From positions 192,001 through 256,000 of the forward strand of contig CAVUWV010000018.1 of the NCBI GenBank assembly GCA_963745075.1: 64,000 nucleotides of DNA, read 5' to 3'. Below are positions 42,872 to 52,824 of this stretch, in pieces. Positions within the stretch are counted from its first letter, which is position 1; the number at the start of each line of letters is the position of its first letter. A program made the position numbers and the translations under genes. This DNA is from Candidatus Hydrogenedentota bacterium. Lineage in GTDB: Bacteria > Hydrogenedentota > Hydrogenedentia > Hydrogenedentales > SLHB01. The notes beneath the pieces are model-generated. The model did no database searches, was not told the origin of the DNA, and worked only from the letters and a program-made list of their open reading frames with translations.

Positions 42872-43642
42872 TTGGTTATCGATTGCCACATGCACGTCCG
42901 CATGGGTGCGGACGGAAATCTCGACGAGCAATACTGCGACTGGACCATCGAGGCGGGCGACTTGCTCGGGATTGACGTGTTTTGCGTGTCGGATCTGCAA
43001 CTGACGGGCGACTTGCGTTACGAAGATTTTCACGGGGCCAATGACCGGGTCGCCGCAGCGGTGGCGCGCCATCCGGATCGGTATCGGGGGTATTGTTACG
43101 TCAACCCCGGTGATCCACGGGCGGTCGAAGAAGTGAAGCAGCGCGTGCGGGATGAAGGGTTTGTTGGGGTCAAGTTGTACAACCAGTACTTCATCGACGA
43201 CCCCGTGGTAGAGCCCATTCTGAGACTCGCGAGCGAGTGGCAAATCCCCGTGTTGGCGCATGCGGGATACCTGACCGATGCCGCCAGCAAAGCGCGTCAA
43301 CCGTATACGAGCCATTCGGGTCACTTTGCCAACGCGGCGAAACGGTTTCCGGAAGCGATGCTGATCGAAGGCCATATCGGCGGCGGGGGCGACTGGGAGT
43401 GGGCACTGAAGCATCTGCGGGAAGCGCCGTCCGTCTACCTCGACACGTCGGGCAGCGGGATCGACGAATGGATGATCGACCGGTGCGTCGAGGAGATAGG
43501 CGTCGAACGGCTGCTCTTTGCGACGGACATGACCATGGAAGGCTCGGTCGGCAAAGTGCTCGACGCGGATCTCACTAATGCGCAGCGAAAGAGAATTCTC
43601 GGCGAGAATTTTCAGGCGATACTCGATCGGAGGGCGGTCTGA
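42872..43642 (+). CDS. Amidohydrolase_2 family protein
   Basis: IDCHMH, GVKLY, VLAHAG, GHIGGG, YLDTSG, LFATD; TTG start with GAGGAGG RBS. Confidence 0.88.
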   Translation: MVIDCHMHVRMGADGNLDEQYCDWTIEAGDLLGIDVFCVSDLQLTGDLRYEDFHGANDRVAAAVARHPDRYRGYCYVNPGDPRAVEEVKQRVRDEGFVGVKLYNQYFIDDPVVEPILRLASEWQIPVLAHAGYLTDAASKARQPYTSHSGHFANAAKRFPEAMLIEGHIGGGGDWEWALKHLREAPSVYLDTSGSGIDEWMIDRCVEEIGVERLLFATDMTMEGSVGKVLDADLTNAQRKRILGENFQAILDRRAV

Positions 43643-44463
43643 TGCCGGATTATCGCCCTCTGTTCGGCAACGGCATTATCGACTGCAACACGTATCTCGG
43701 CAACTGGGCGTTCCGCCGGTTGCGCCGCAACGACGCGGCAAGCCTTATCGCGATGATGGACACGTTCGGCATCTGGCGCGCCTGCGTAGCCTCGGCTGAC
43801 GCAATTCTCTACCGGGACCCCCAGCCCGGCAACGTGAAACTGCGTGAAGACGCCGACGAATTGCGGGACCGATTGTGGCTGTACGCGACAATCAACCCCA
43901 CGTATGCGGGGTGGGAGCGGGACTTGCGCCAATGTGTGGATTGGGGTTTCAGCGCGGTGCGCCTCTATCCCATCTACCATAACTACGGGCTCGACAGTGC
44001 CGAGTGCGCACGTGCCGTCGATGCGGCGCGCGAAGCAGGGCTTCCCGTCTCTATCCCATGCCGCGTGGAGGACGTGCGGCAACGCCACTGGATGGACCGC
44101 TTTGAGGACGTGGATCCCACGGACGCGCTGCGCCTGGCGGAAGCGAACTCGGAGACGGATTTCATCCTGGCGGAAAGCCTGCTGAGTTGGCCTGCGGACA
44201 GCGACCTGTGGAAGCGCATGCGCGACACACGGATTCATGTCGAACTGAGCCGCATGACCGCCCTCATGGAACGCCCACTTCAGATCGCCGTGAACGCTCT
44301 CGACGCAGATCGTGTGCTGTTCGGCACAGGCTTCCCCTTCAAAACCCCCTCCCCCGCTTTCCTGAAGCTGCAAGTGCTGGAGGCGGACGAAAACGAGAAG
44401 GCGGCTATCGCGGGGGGAAATGCCGTCCGCTTGCTGGAAGCGCGGGAACCGACCGTCGGGTGA
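43642..44463 (+). CDS. Amidohydrolase_2-like protein with degenerate metal ligands
   Basis: IDCNTYLG in place of DxHxH, VRLYP.YH, VLFGTGFP; coupled to upstream paralog. Confidence 0.8.
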   Translation: MPDYRPLFGNGIIDCNTYLGNWAFRRLRRNDAASLIAMMDTFGIWRACVASADAILYRDPQPGNVKLREDADELRDRLWLYATINPTYAGWERDLRQCVDWGFSAVRLYPIYHNYGLDSAECARAVDAAREAGLPVSIPCRVEDVRQRHWMDRFEDVDPTDALRLAEANSETDFILAESLLSWPADSDLWKRMRDTRIHVELSRMTALMERPLQIAVNALDADRVLFGTGFPFKTPSPAFLKLQVLEADENEKAAIAGGNAVRLLEAREPTVG

Positions 44464-44530
44464 CCCGAATGGGTGGTCACCTTTTGCCCCGTCAATGCCT
44501 CTATCTAACAAAGACGGGGAGGCACAAGCG

Positions 44531-47500
44531 ATGTGGTGGATATCGAAAACCAAGAGCGATAACGAGATTGTCCGGCGCGTGTTGCAGGGACGGCGCGACG
44601 AGTTTGGGTTGCTGGTCGAGCGATACTTGCCTTCGATCCGCGCCGTGGCCTACGCGCGTACCGGCAACTTTGCCGACGCCCAGGACATCGCGCAAGAGAC
44701 CTTTATCAAGGCCTACGAGCGCCTGAACACGCTCCGGGACGTGGCCTGCCTGGGCGCGTGGCTGGCGACCATGGCGCGGAATGAGGCGTCACGGCTCACC
44801 CGGCAGGCCAGCCATCGGGACGATCTCCTTCGGCGCAACGCCGCATCGCAAGAGGCCGTCATTCCCGAAGTCGAGCGCCGGGAACTCCGGGATCTCTTGC
44901 ACAGCCAAATCCAGAGCCTGCCGGAAGATCATCGGGAGGTGCTGCTCCTCCATTACTTCGCCGGGAAACGGGCCCGCGAAATCGCCGCAGTGCAGGGGAT
45001 ATCGACGGACGCCGTCAAGAAGCGGCTCCAACGTGCACGTGAAGCATTGAGCAAATCAATGACGGCACAGTTGCCGGACCTTTTGGAGACGGGGGACGCC
45101 CGAAAGCGGTCGGCGGCGAAGGTCATGGGCCTCATCGCGCTGGCCAGCCCCCCGTGGCAAGCGGCGAGTGCCACGGCCACGGGTGCGGCTGCAACGGCAG
45201 GTGGCACACTGCTAGCCATTAAGGCATCGCTAATTGCCCTGGCGATTGCCGGCATTGCCGGTCCGCTGCTGTGGTACCAGCTTGCGCCGGAATCCCCGGC
45301 ACCGACCGGGAATGCAGTCACGACGGAGGCTCTGCCCGCGACTACCCCCGTCGCGCAAACTGTGCAAGCTTCGGCCACGGAGGCCGGCTCCGATGAGCAA
45401 TCGTCCACAGCGGTGGGCAGCACGAGGACAGCCATCGGGGCGGTCGCGGTGCCCGGGACCTCGGGCGGCAGCATAACCGGTCGCGTATTCGATCGCGACA
45501 CGGACGCGGGCATCGCCGGAGTTCATGTCTGGGCAACACCGGTCGCTGATGACGGTGCCGTGGCTGGCCCGGCGGGTGGTATAAAAGCCTTGACTGGTGC
45601 CGACGGCCGCTACGTGTTGGAGGGCTTCGCGGAAGGCACGTATCGCGTCGCACGTTCGGATCCGGATGGGTACCGTTCCGAGCTGGGACGGGACGAGCAG
45701 GACCTTCTCATGGGTCCCGGAGAGATGAAAGAAGGTATCGACTTTGCCCTTGTTCGGGGCTACTCCGTTTCGGGAACAGTTGTGGACCAACACGGTAAAC
45801 CGGTCTCCAAAGCGGAACTCTACGTACAAGCGGGTGACCGGCCCATATCGATTGGGGCGAAGTCGAACAAGGACGGGAAATTCGTGGTGAAGAATCTGCC
45901 ACCGACCCACACGTTGCGCCTCCAAGCCCACACGGCAAAAGACGCCCCGGACATGCCCTTTCAGAGCGAGGTCATGGGGCCGCTGGAAATCCTAGACGCC
46001 GACTTGGAGGGGCTCGTGGTCGAGCTGAGGCAACCTTGCGACCGGCGCATTACCGGAATCGTCGTCTCTGAGGATGGCGCTCCCCTGGTAAGCATCCGCG
46101 TTTACGCGATGCCCGGGGACTATCGCTCGTTTCCATCCGGCGGTGAATCGGATCAAAACGGGCGTTTCGAAATAGAGGCTCTCGCCGCCGGCCGCTACAA
46201 ACTGGCCTTGCAACGTGCGGGGACCTCCACTTGGTCCGTCTCACCGGACACGCCGTCCTATGAGGTGCATCCCGACGCCGATCTCGAAGACGTGCGCCTC
46301 GTCCTGGATACGCAGGATCGGCTGAGTATATCCGGTCGGGTCGTGGATGCCTCGGGTAATCCGGCAACCGGTGCAGATGTTATGGTGCGGGCGCGACACC
46401 TATCCAAAAGCCAGAGGCTTGAAACCGAAAACGACGGAAGGTATTCCATCGCGGGTCTGGCAGAAGGCACCTACGAAGTCAGCGTAACCCATGAGAAACT
46501 CACTGGTCAGGAACGACAGGGCGTGCCGGCGGGAAGCACTGGCGTGGACTTCATCCTTCAGGAGCGCGGCGCAATCGCGGGCCATGTGGTTGATGCGGAC
46601 ACGGGAAAACCCATCGAGGCCTTCTCCATCAACCCGACGACGGTCATGGAATCGGCGTTTCCGGGTGGCGGTACGTCGAGCCGGTACTCCTCACCCGGGT
46701 TTCTGGAGGTCCGCAGCAAGAACGGCGAGTTCCTGCTGTTCGGCCGCGAGGCGCGCAAGACCATCGTGACCGCGCAGGCGCCGGGCTACTCGCCCGAAAA
46801 GGTCGAGGTCGTGGTTGTTCCGGGGAAAACCACTTCCGGAATATCGATTGCCCTGGAACGGGGTCAACCCTTGTCGGGCCGTGTCGTCAATGAGGCGGGG
46901 ATGCCCGTCCCCGGCGCGCTCCTGTACTGGAATAGCGTCCCCCACGATCCAGAGCGCAATGCCGCCGCTCGGACGGACAGGGATGGCCAATTCATCGTAG
47001 AGGTGCTGGCTCCGGATGTGAGGCGGATCCTGGCGTACCACCCGGACTATGCCATCGCCATAGAGGATTTCCCCGCGCACGAAGTCCGGCCGTTGGAGAT
47101 TGTGCTGCAAAGCGGCGCCACGGTTCAGGGATTCGTGCGCCTCGATGGCGAAGGGGTCGCCAATGCGCGCCTCTCCCTGACCTATTGGAGGATCGGTGGT
47201 TTCCTCAGCGACCTCACGACGCAATCCGGGCCTGATGGAAGCTACGCGTTTACCCACGTCAACGAGACAGACGTTCGCGTCACCGCCAGCATCCCGGTTA
47301 CAGGAGGCCAAGGCGCGCAAAGGTCGTTCTTCCGCGAGGCCGTCGCCAATCCCGAAGCGCCGGTTATCTTGGACTTCGATTTTGGAGCGCTGACCGCGAG
47401 TCTGGAGGGAACGGTCACCTTGCACGGTACGGTGCCGATAAAGACTTGGATATCCCTGGCCATGCATGATGACGGCGCGAAAGAGTATTTTCGAACGAGC

Positions 47501-47956
47501 GCGGATGCCGCAGGGTACTATGTGATTGAGAATATCCCTTCGGGTCCCGGGGAACTAGAAGTGTGGGCCGAAGACGGCGATCTGCGCAGCCGCAAGATCG
47601 TGCCGGTCATCGTCCCGTCCGGCCAATCGTCGCGGTTGGATGTTGATCTGGCCGGAAGCGCATCGCTCCTGATCAACATGTTGAGTGCCAACACGGGAGC
47701 CTCGCCCACGATCTATCTGTTACCTTACGAAACGCAGCTTCCCCCCGATCCCATCTCGCCGAACATCATGCAGAACTGGGATGCCGTAGCCACCAGCGTC
47801 TGGGAAGCGGGCGACGCGCGCACGATTCGCATCGACCGGCTGGAACGCGGCACCTACACAGCGGTGGCCGTCTGGGACCTCAGCGCCGACACCATGCTCG
47901 CAAGCGCCGCGACCGTGACCTTGGAGGACGGCGAGTCCCAAGAGATAGATCTTTAA
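44531..47956 (+). CDS. ECF sigma factor fused to TM helix and multiple carboxypeptidase-regulatory-like beta-sandwich repeats
   Basis: DAQDIAQETF, WL, IAA..GI...VKKRLQRAR; TM ~aa 225-250; repeated (I/V)SG.VVD..G.P...A motifs. Confidence 0.88.
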   Translation: MWWISKTKSDNEIVRRVLQGRRDEFGLLVERYLPSIRAVAYARTGNFADAQDIAQETFIKAYERLNTLRDVACLGAWLATMARNEASRLTRQASHRDDLLRRNAASQEAVIPEVERRELRDLLHSQIQSLPEDHREVLLLHYFAGKRAREIAAVQGISTDAVKKRLQRAREALSKSMTAQLPDLLETGDARKRSAAKVMGLIALASPPWQAASATATGAAATAGGTLLAIKASLIALAIAGIAGPLLWYQLAPESPAPTGNAVTTEALPATTPVAQTVQASATEAGSDEQSSTAVGSTRTAIGAVAVPGTSGGSITGRVFDRDTDAGIAGVHVWATPVADDGAVAGPAGGIKALTGADGRYVLEGFAEGTYRVARSDPDGYRSELGRDEQDLLMGPGEMKEGIDFALVRGYSVSGTVVDQHGKPVSKAELYVQAGDRPISIGAKSNKDGKFVVKNLPPTHTLRLQAHTAKDAPDMPFQSEVMGPLEILDADLEGLVVELRQPCDRRITGIVVSEDGAPLVSIRVYAMPGDYRSFPSGGESDQNGRFEIEALAAGRYKLALQRAGTSTWSVSPDTPSYEVHPDADLEDVRLVLDTQDRLSISGRVVDASGNPATGADVMVRARHLSKSQRLETENDGRYSIAGLAEGTYEVSVTHEKLTGQERQGVPAGSTGVDFILQERGAIAGHVVDADTGKPIEAFSINPTTVMESAFPGGGTSSRYSSPGFLEVRSKNGEFLLFGREARKTIVTAQAPGYSPEKVEVVVVPGKTTSGISIALERGQPLSGRVVNEAGMPVPGALLYWNSVPHDPERNAAARTDRDGQFIVEVLAPDVRRILAYHPDYAIAIEDFPAHEVRPLEIVLQSGATVQGFVRLDGEGVANARLSLTYWRIGGFLSDLTTQSGPDGSYAFTHVNETDVRVTASIPVTGGQGAQRSFFREAVANPEAPVILDFDFGALTASLEGTVTLHGTVPIKTWISLAMHDDGAKEYFRTSADAAGYYVIENIPSGPGELEVWAEDGDLRSRKIVPVIVPSGQSSRLDVDLAGSASLLINMLSANTGASPTIYLLPYETQLPPDPISPNIMQNWDAVATSVWEAGDARTIRIDRLERGTYTAVAVWDLSADTMLASAATVTLEDGESQEIDL

Positions 47957-47964
47957 CTCACAAT

Positions 47965-48000
47965 GTGAAGCGCCGGGCTCCGAAGAACCCGGCGCTTCGC
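47965..48000. terminator. Hairpin between convergent genes, likely terminator
   Basis: GAAGCGCCGGG ... CCCGGCGCTTC stem. Confidence 0.6.
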
Positions 48001-48021
48001 GCGTGCAAGGGCGTCCGGCAA

Positions 48022-48802
48022 CTACGCCATGGTCGAGTCCGTCTGCGCCGTCCCCGTCTCCGTCGTGGCTTTCCCAGTCATCCGCGGGACGAACATCGGC
48101 GTCCGCTTCCGCCACTGCATGTAGGACCGGCCGTGCTCGTTCATGAGGTCGCGCTCTTCGAATTGGATGGCGACCAGGATGTACGCGGTGGTCATGACGG
48201 CGAACACAAAGTGGGCCGCGGTCATGGTCGGCGTGCCCCAGAAGGCGCAGAACCAACCCACGTACAACGGATGCCGAATGTACTTGTAGAAGAACGGCGT
48301 CCGAAACTTTCAACGGGGTGTACTCTTTGCCACGCAGGTGCAACCACACCTGACGCATGCCGAAGAGATCGAAATGGTTGATCATAAAGGTCGATGCCAA
48401 CACCATCAGCCATCCCAACGCGAACACGCCGTACATCAAGACCTTGCCAACGGGATGTTCGATGTGCCACACGGTGCCGCCCATGGGCTGCCACTGCCAG
48501 AACATCAAGGCCAACGCGGCATTCGTGAAGAGCACGTAGGTGCTCCGCTCGGCGGGTTTCGGAACGATCCGGGTCCACATCCGCTTGAATGCGGGCCGGG
48601 CCATGACGCTGTGTTGCAGCGCAAACACCGTCAGCAGTCCGACATTGACCGCCAGGGCCGCCCAGAACGTCATGCGCGGTTCCGCGTCGAGCGAATTCGA
48701 CACGATGGTGTTGCCGATGAATCCGACCGCGTACACAAACACGACCAGAAACATGACGTAACAGAACGTGCCATACAGAAAAACCATGATCCTACCTGAC
48801 AT
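48022..48802 (-). CDS. mddA: Methanethiol S-methyltransferase; frameshift near 48309
   Basis: FALQHSVMARPAFK, ERSTYVL, STFMINHFDLFG.RQ, then YKYIRHPLYVG, FW.TPTMT, EERDL in the next frame. Confidence 0.88.
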
Positions 48803-49016
48803 TGTTCTCGTGCCTCCCTCTCTTGGTGAAGGCCATCCAGAGCAACCGGTCCAGCAACCGCTGGGCCCGAACCAAGGCTTCCGGCGAACCGTCGCCGTTC
48901 CCTGAAGTTTCGATCTGCCCCTTCACCGGCACATCCCTTCCGATGATCGGGTCGAACACTTGCTCCTTCTGGGCCTTCGCATTCACCTTGCTTGAATTGT
49001 CTCTGTTCAATTTCAT
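48792..49016 (-). CDS. Small hypothetical protein (74 aa) upstream of mddA
   Basis: MKLNRDNSS...; GAAGGGG RBS; lies between sigma-54 promoter and mddA, overlapping mddA start. Confidence 0.45.
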   Translation of the reverse strand: MKLNRDNSSKVNAKAQKEQVFDPIIGRDVPVKGQIETSGNGDGSPEALVRAQRLLDRLLWMAFTKRGRHENNVR

Positions 49017-49079
49017 GTCCCCTTCGATACTGCTGTCGGGCCCCACGTGCCCGCGACTGGCGAGCACGTATGGAAGAAA

Positions 49080-49094
49080 ACAAGTGGCGTGCCA
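49080..49094 (-). promoter_or_regulatory. Sigma-54 (-24/-12) promoter for mddA unit
   Basis: Minus strand TGGCACGCCACTTGT vs consensus TGGCACGNNNNTTGC. Confidence 0.75.
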
Positions 49095-49177
49095 AGAAAA
49101 CGATCAACGACTATCATGCTGGGAGACAGAGATTTACAGAGACAACAGAGACAACCGGGACAGCAATAACAGATGGG

Positions 49178-49207
49178 GAGATTTCGCGACTTATGAGATC
49201 TCGCGAC
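49178..49207. promoter_or_regulatory. Candidate upstream activator sequences
   Basis: Direct repeat GAGATTTCGCGAC / GAGATCTCGCGAC, 17-bp period, about 85-115 bp upstream of the sigma-54 site. Confidence 0.5.
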
Positions 49208-49222
49208 GGGCAGTCGAACGAT

Positions 49223-49247
49223 TGCAGGCGAGACACCTGCGCTACAT
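49223..49247. repeat. Single REP-like copy of the 12493 family
   Basis: TGCAGGCGAGACACCTGCGCTACAT, one mismatch to 12543-12567. Confidence 0.8.
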
Positions 49248-49275
49248 AAGCGCGTCCGTGCAGGTCCGTGTTCTT

Positions 49276-51209
49276 CTACGACACCCGTGGCCGCTGGATC
49301 CCCAGGGCTTTCATTCGTGAACTCAGCGTCGACGGATTCATTCCGAGCAGGCGTGCCGCGCCATTGTCTCCTGAGACGCGCCAGTCGACCGCGTCAAGCG
49401 CCCGGATAATGTTGGCCCGTTCGAGTTCCTGGAGTTCGGCGACAGTTTTGATCGAACCGTTGTCGGCGGAATTTATCGTGGTCGGCGTTATGACCTCACC
49501 AACGCCATCCGGCAGGGCGCGGGAAAGGTTTAACCTGCCGTCGCGCGCCGTGATAACCGCGCGCTCAATGACGTTCTGCAATTCGCGCACGTTGCCCGGC
49601 CACGAATAGGCTTTTAACCGACGTGCTTCTTCCGTCGTCAGCGGCTCGACGGTACGGCCGATTTCCTTGCCGTATTTCTCTGCGAAGGTCTTGGCGAGTA
49701 AGACGACATCATCGCCGCGGTCACGGAGCGGCGGGATTTCGAGGGGGAATACGTTCAGCCGATAGTACAAATCTTCGCGGAAAGTACCTTCGTCAATCGC
49801 CTGTTGCAGGCCCCGGTTCGTGGCGGCGATGACACGCACGTCAACTTTCCGGGTGTGGGCACTGCCGACCGGCTCGAATTCGCCTTCCTGCAACACGCGA
49901 AGCAATTTGGACTGCAAGTCGATGGGCAACTCCCCCACTTCGTCCAGGAAAATGGTTCCACCATCGGCGAGGGCGAACCGGCCATCGCGTTTCTGGGTCG
50001 CGCCCGTGAACGCACCTTTTTCGTGACCGAAGAATTCGCTTTCTATCAAGGTTGCCGGAATCGCGGCGCAGTTGACACGAATCAGCGGTTTGTCTTGCGC
50101 TTGCTGCGGCCGTGGATGGCACGCGCGATCAATTCCTTGCCCGTGCCCGTCTCGCCGAGAATCAGGACGGTAGCGTCGGTCCCCGCGACCTGCTCGATAT
50201 CCTGCGTGACGCGAAGGACCGGGTCGCTGTTGCCTATAATCTCGCCGAAATTGTGGAGCGCGCGAATTTCTTCACGGAGATATTCGGTCTGATTCGTGAG
50301 AACCTGGATACGGCGCTCGGCTTCGAGGCGGTCGTTGACATTGCGCAGAATGAGGGTATGGAAGGCTGCACCATGCATTTCGTAGCGCGACAACGTGGCT
50401 TCCGCTGCGAAGGATTCGCCCTGCACGTTGCGCGCGTCCAGTCCGCCTGCGATCCAAAGAAAGCGCTGGCCGTGGGGCCGCGCATCGAGTTCCTCGACTA
50501 ACGCACACAGCTTGTCTTTGCACTCGGTGGTAAGGAAACGCGCGAAGTTACTCCCTACCACATCATCGGAAGGCGCACCAAGGATCTTCTCAGCGGCCGG
50601 ATTCATCATGGTGATGGTGCAGTCGGCGTCGAGGTCGATGATGGCGTCCAGGGCGCTGTCGACGAGGCGGCCCAGCTTCTCCTCGCGCTCGCGCAAGTCG
50701 GCCTCGGCGCGCAACCGGCGGAGTTCCGCCCCCGCCCGGGCTGCAAAGATGCGGAAGAGCGCCTGAGCCTTCGGTTCCTTCGGCATGGGCCGGATGTCCA
50801 TGACGGCAACGTGCCCTAAGACCTTGCCGTCGATATCCAATAACGGCGCACCCATGTAACTGACGGCGCCGATCTTCTTCACGTCGGGATCGTCCGGGTA
50901 GAGTTCGAGAACATTCTCCTCGTAATGGACCAGCCGCGCTTCTTCGACGACCACCGCGCAGGGCGTGCCGTCGATCTTGTGCTCGTAGCCGTCGAGCCAT
51001 TCGCCGTTCATCCAGAAGGCCAGCGCGCGCAATTTACGGGACTCTTCGAGATATTCGGTGACCCATGCGCCGTACGTGTTCAATGCCTTGGCGAGATTCT
51101 CGACGAGCGCCGCGAAGAATCGGTCCCCGGTGGCAGTCGCCGTGCCTTCGAGGATCGTCTTCAGCGCTTCGTGTTCGTCGAGACCATGCAGGGGCGGCTG
51201 TTCAATCAT
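49276..51209 (-). CDS. GAF-PAS sigma-54 enhancer-binding protein (Fis family); frameshift near 50095
   Basis: [60 protein letters not shown]. Confidence 0.92.
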
Positions 51210-51396
51210 AAGCCGGACACTCCACCTTGTCCTCTCACCAGTGAGGACACCACACGGGACAGACCCTTATGATACACCACAGAAGCGACAATATCGCAAC
51301 CGGTTGTACTGACCCTGACCCACGCTCTTCGGGGCTCATTTCGCTATACTCAAAATGCAAGGCGTTTGGCTGAAGGCGGAGGAGGACATCGTTTCC

Positions 51397-52749
51397 ATGG
51401 ACACTATCCGGGGGAGAATCATCATAGTCGGCGCCGGACTCGCCGGCCTAACCGCTGCGCGCGAACTCGTTCGACGCGGGGTCGACGTGCGGGTTGTCGA
51501 AGCCAGGGATCGGGTTGGGGGACGCACGCTTGCGCAGCAGACGTTTATGGGCGACGCGCTGGACCTGGGCGGCCAATGGATCGGGCCGACGCAGGACAAG
51601 ATGGCCGCATTGATCGACGAGTTTGGGCTAAGGTCGTATCGGCAGTACAACCAGGGCATCAAGTTATTGCGGGTGTGCGGGCGTAATCGTCAGTACAAGG
51701 GATCGATTCCGTCCATGCCGTTGCTGAGTCTGGTCGACTTCCAACTCCTGCTGAATCGTTTGGACGCATTGAGCAATACAATACCGTTGGACGCTCCGCA
51801 CACGGCCCCCCGCGCCCGGGAATGGGACGCGATGACGGTCGAGACTTGGAAGCAACGTCAGGTGAAGACGGCTGGCGTACGCGCGGCGTTCGACACGGCC
51901 GTGGCCGCCATTTTCGGGGTGGACCCACCGGACCTGTCTTTTCTTTACTTTCTCTTCTACTTGCGGTCCGGCGGCGGGTTTCTCCGTCTGGCGGAGGTGG
52001 ACAACGGCGCGCAGGAAACGCGGGTACACGGTGGGATGCAAGCCGTTTCGGAACATCTTGCCGCGGGGTTGGGCGATCGCGTGCGACTGGAATTGCCGGT
52101 CCGCGCCATCGTGCAGTCCGAGTCCGGCGTAACCGTGGTGACGGAAAAAGAAACGCTCGAGGGCGACCGTGTCATCGTCGCGATCCCGCCGACGCTGGCA
52201 GGCCACATCGACTATTCACCGGAATTGCCGCCGCAGCGCGTCCAACTGATGCAACGTATGCCCATGGGATCGGTCATCAAGTGCATCGCGATATACGACA
52301 CTCCCTTCTGGCGCGACGCCGGGTTGTCCGGTGAAGTCGTAACGGACGTAGGACCGGTCAAGTTCACGTTCGACGATACGCCCGAAGGCAGTACGCGCGG
52401 CGCCATCATCGGGTTCATCTCGGGCGCGGACGCGCGGATGTGGGCCGAGCGCGACGAGGCTGAACGGCGCGTCGCCGTATTAAACCAGTTCAAGGATTTC
52501 TTTGGCGCGTACGCGGTGCCCCCTATCGAGTACATCGACAAGGTCTGGGCAGCCGAACGCTGGTCCGGGGGATGCTACGTGGGACTCATGCCGCCGGGGG
52601 TCATAACGACCTTGGGGACAGCGCTGCGCGAACCCGTCGGGCGCATCCATTGGGCCGGGACCGAAACTGCGACTGAGTGGAACGGCTACATGGAAGGCGC
52701 CGTGCGTTCCGGAGAACGCACGGCCGCGGAAGTGTTAGAACGGTTATAG
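51397..52749 (+). CDS. Flavin-dependent monoamine oxidase family protein
   Basis: GAGLAGL, EARDRVGGR, DLGGQW, WSGGCY, HWAGTETA..W.GYMEGAVRSG. Confidence 0.93.
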   Translation: MDTIRGRIIIVGAGLAGLTAARELVRRGVDVRVVEARDRVGGRTLAQQTFMGDALDLGGQWIGPTQDKMAALIDEFGLRSYRQYNQGIKLLRVCGRNRQYKGSIPSMPLLSLVDFQLLLNRLDALSNTIPLDAPHTAPRAREWDAMTVETWKQRQVKTAGVRAAFDTAVAAIFGVDPPDLSFLYFLFYLRSGGGFLRLAEVDNGAQETRVHGGMQAVSEHLAAGLGDRVRLELPVRAIVQSESGVTVVTEKETLEGDRVIVAIPPTLAGHIDYSPELPPQRVQLMQRMPMGSVIKCIAIYDTPFWRDAGLSGEVVTDVGPVKFTFDDTPEGSTRGAIIGFISGADARMWAERDEAERRVAVLNQFKDFFGAYAVPPIEYIDKVWAAERWSGGCYVGLMPPGVITTLGTALREPVGRIHWAGTETATEWNGYMEGAVRSGERTAAEVLERL

Positions 52750-52756
52750 CAGGAAG

Positions 52757-52783
52757 CACGGACCTGCACGGACGCACACGGAC
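52757..52783 (+). repeat. CACGGAC-N3 decamer x3
   Basis: Copies at 52757, 52767, 52777; reverse-orientation arrays at 54062-54088 and 49254-49270. Confidence 0.75.
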
Positions 52784-52824
52784 TAGCGCAATTTACAATC
52801 CAATCTGCAATCCGCGCCTCCAGC

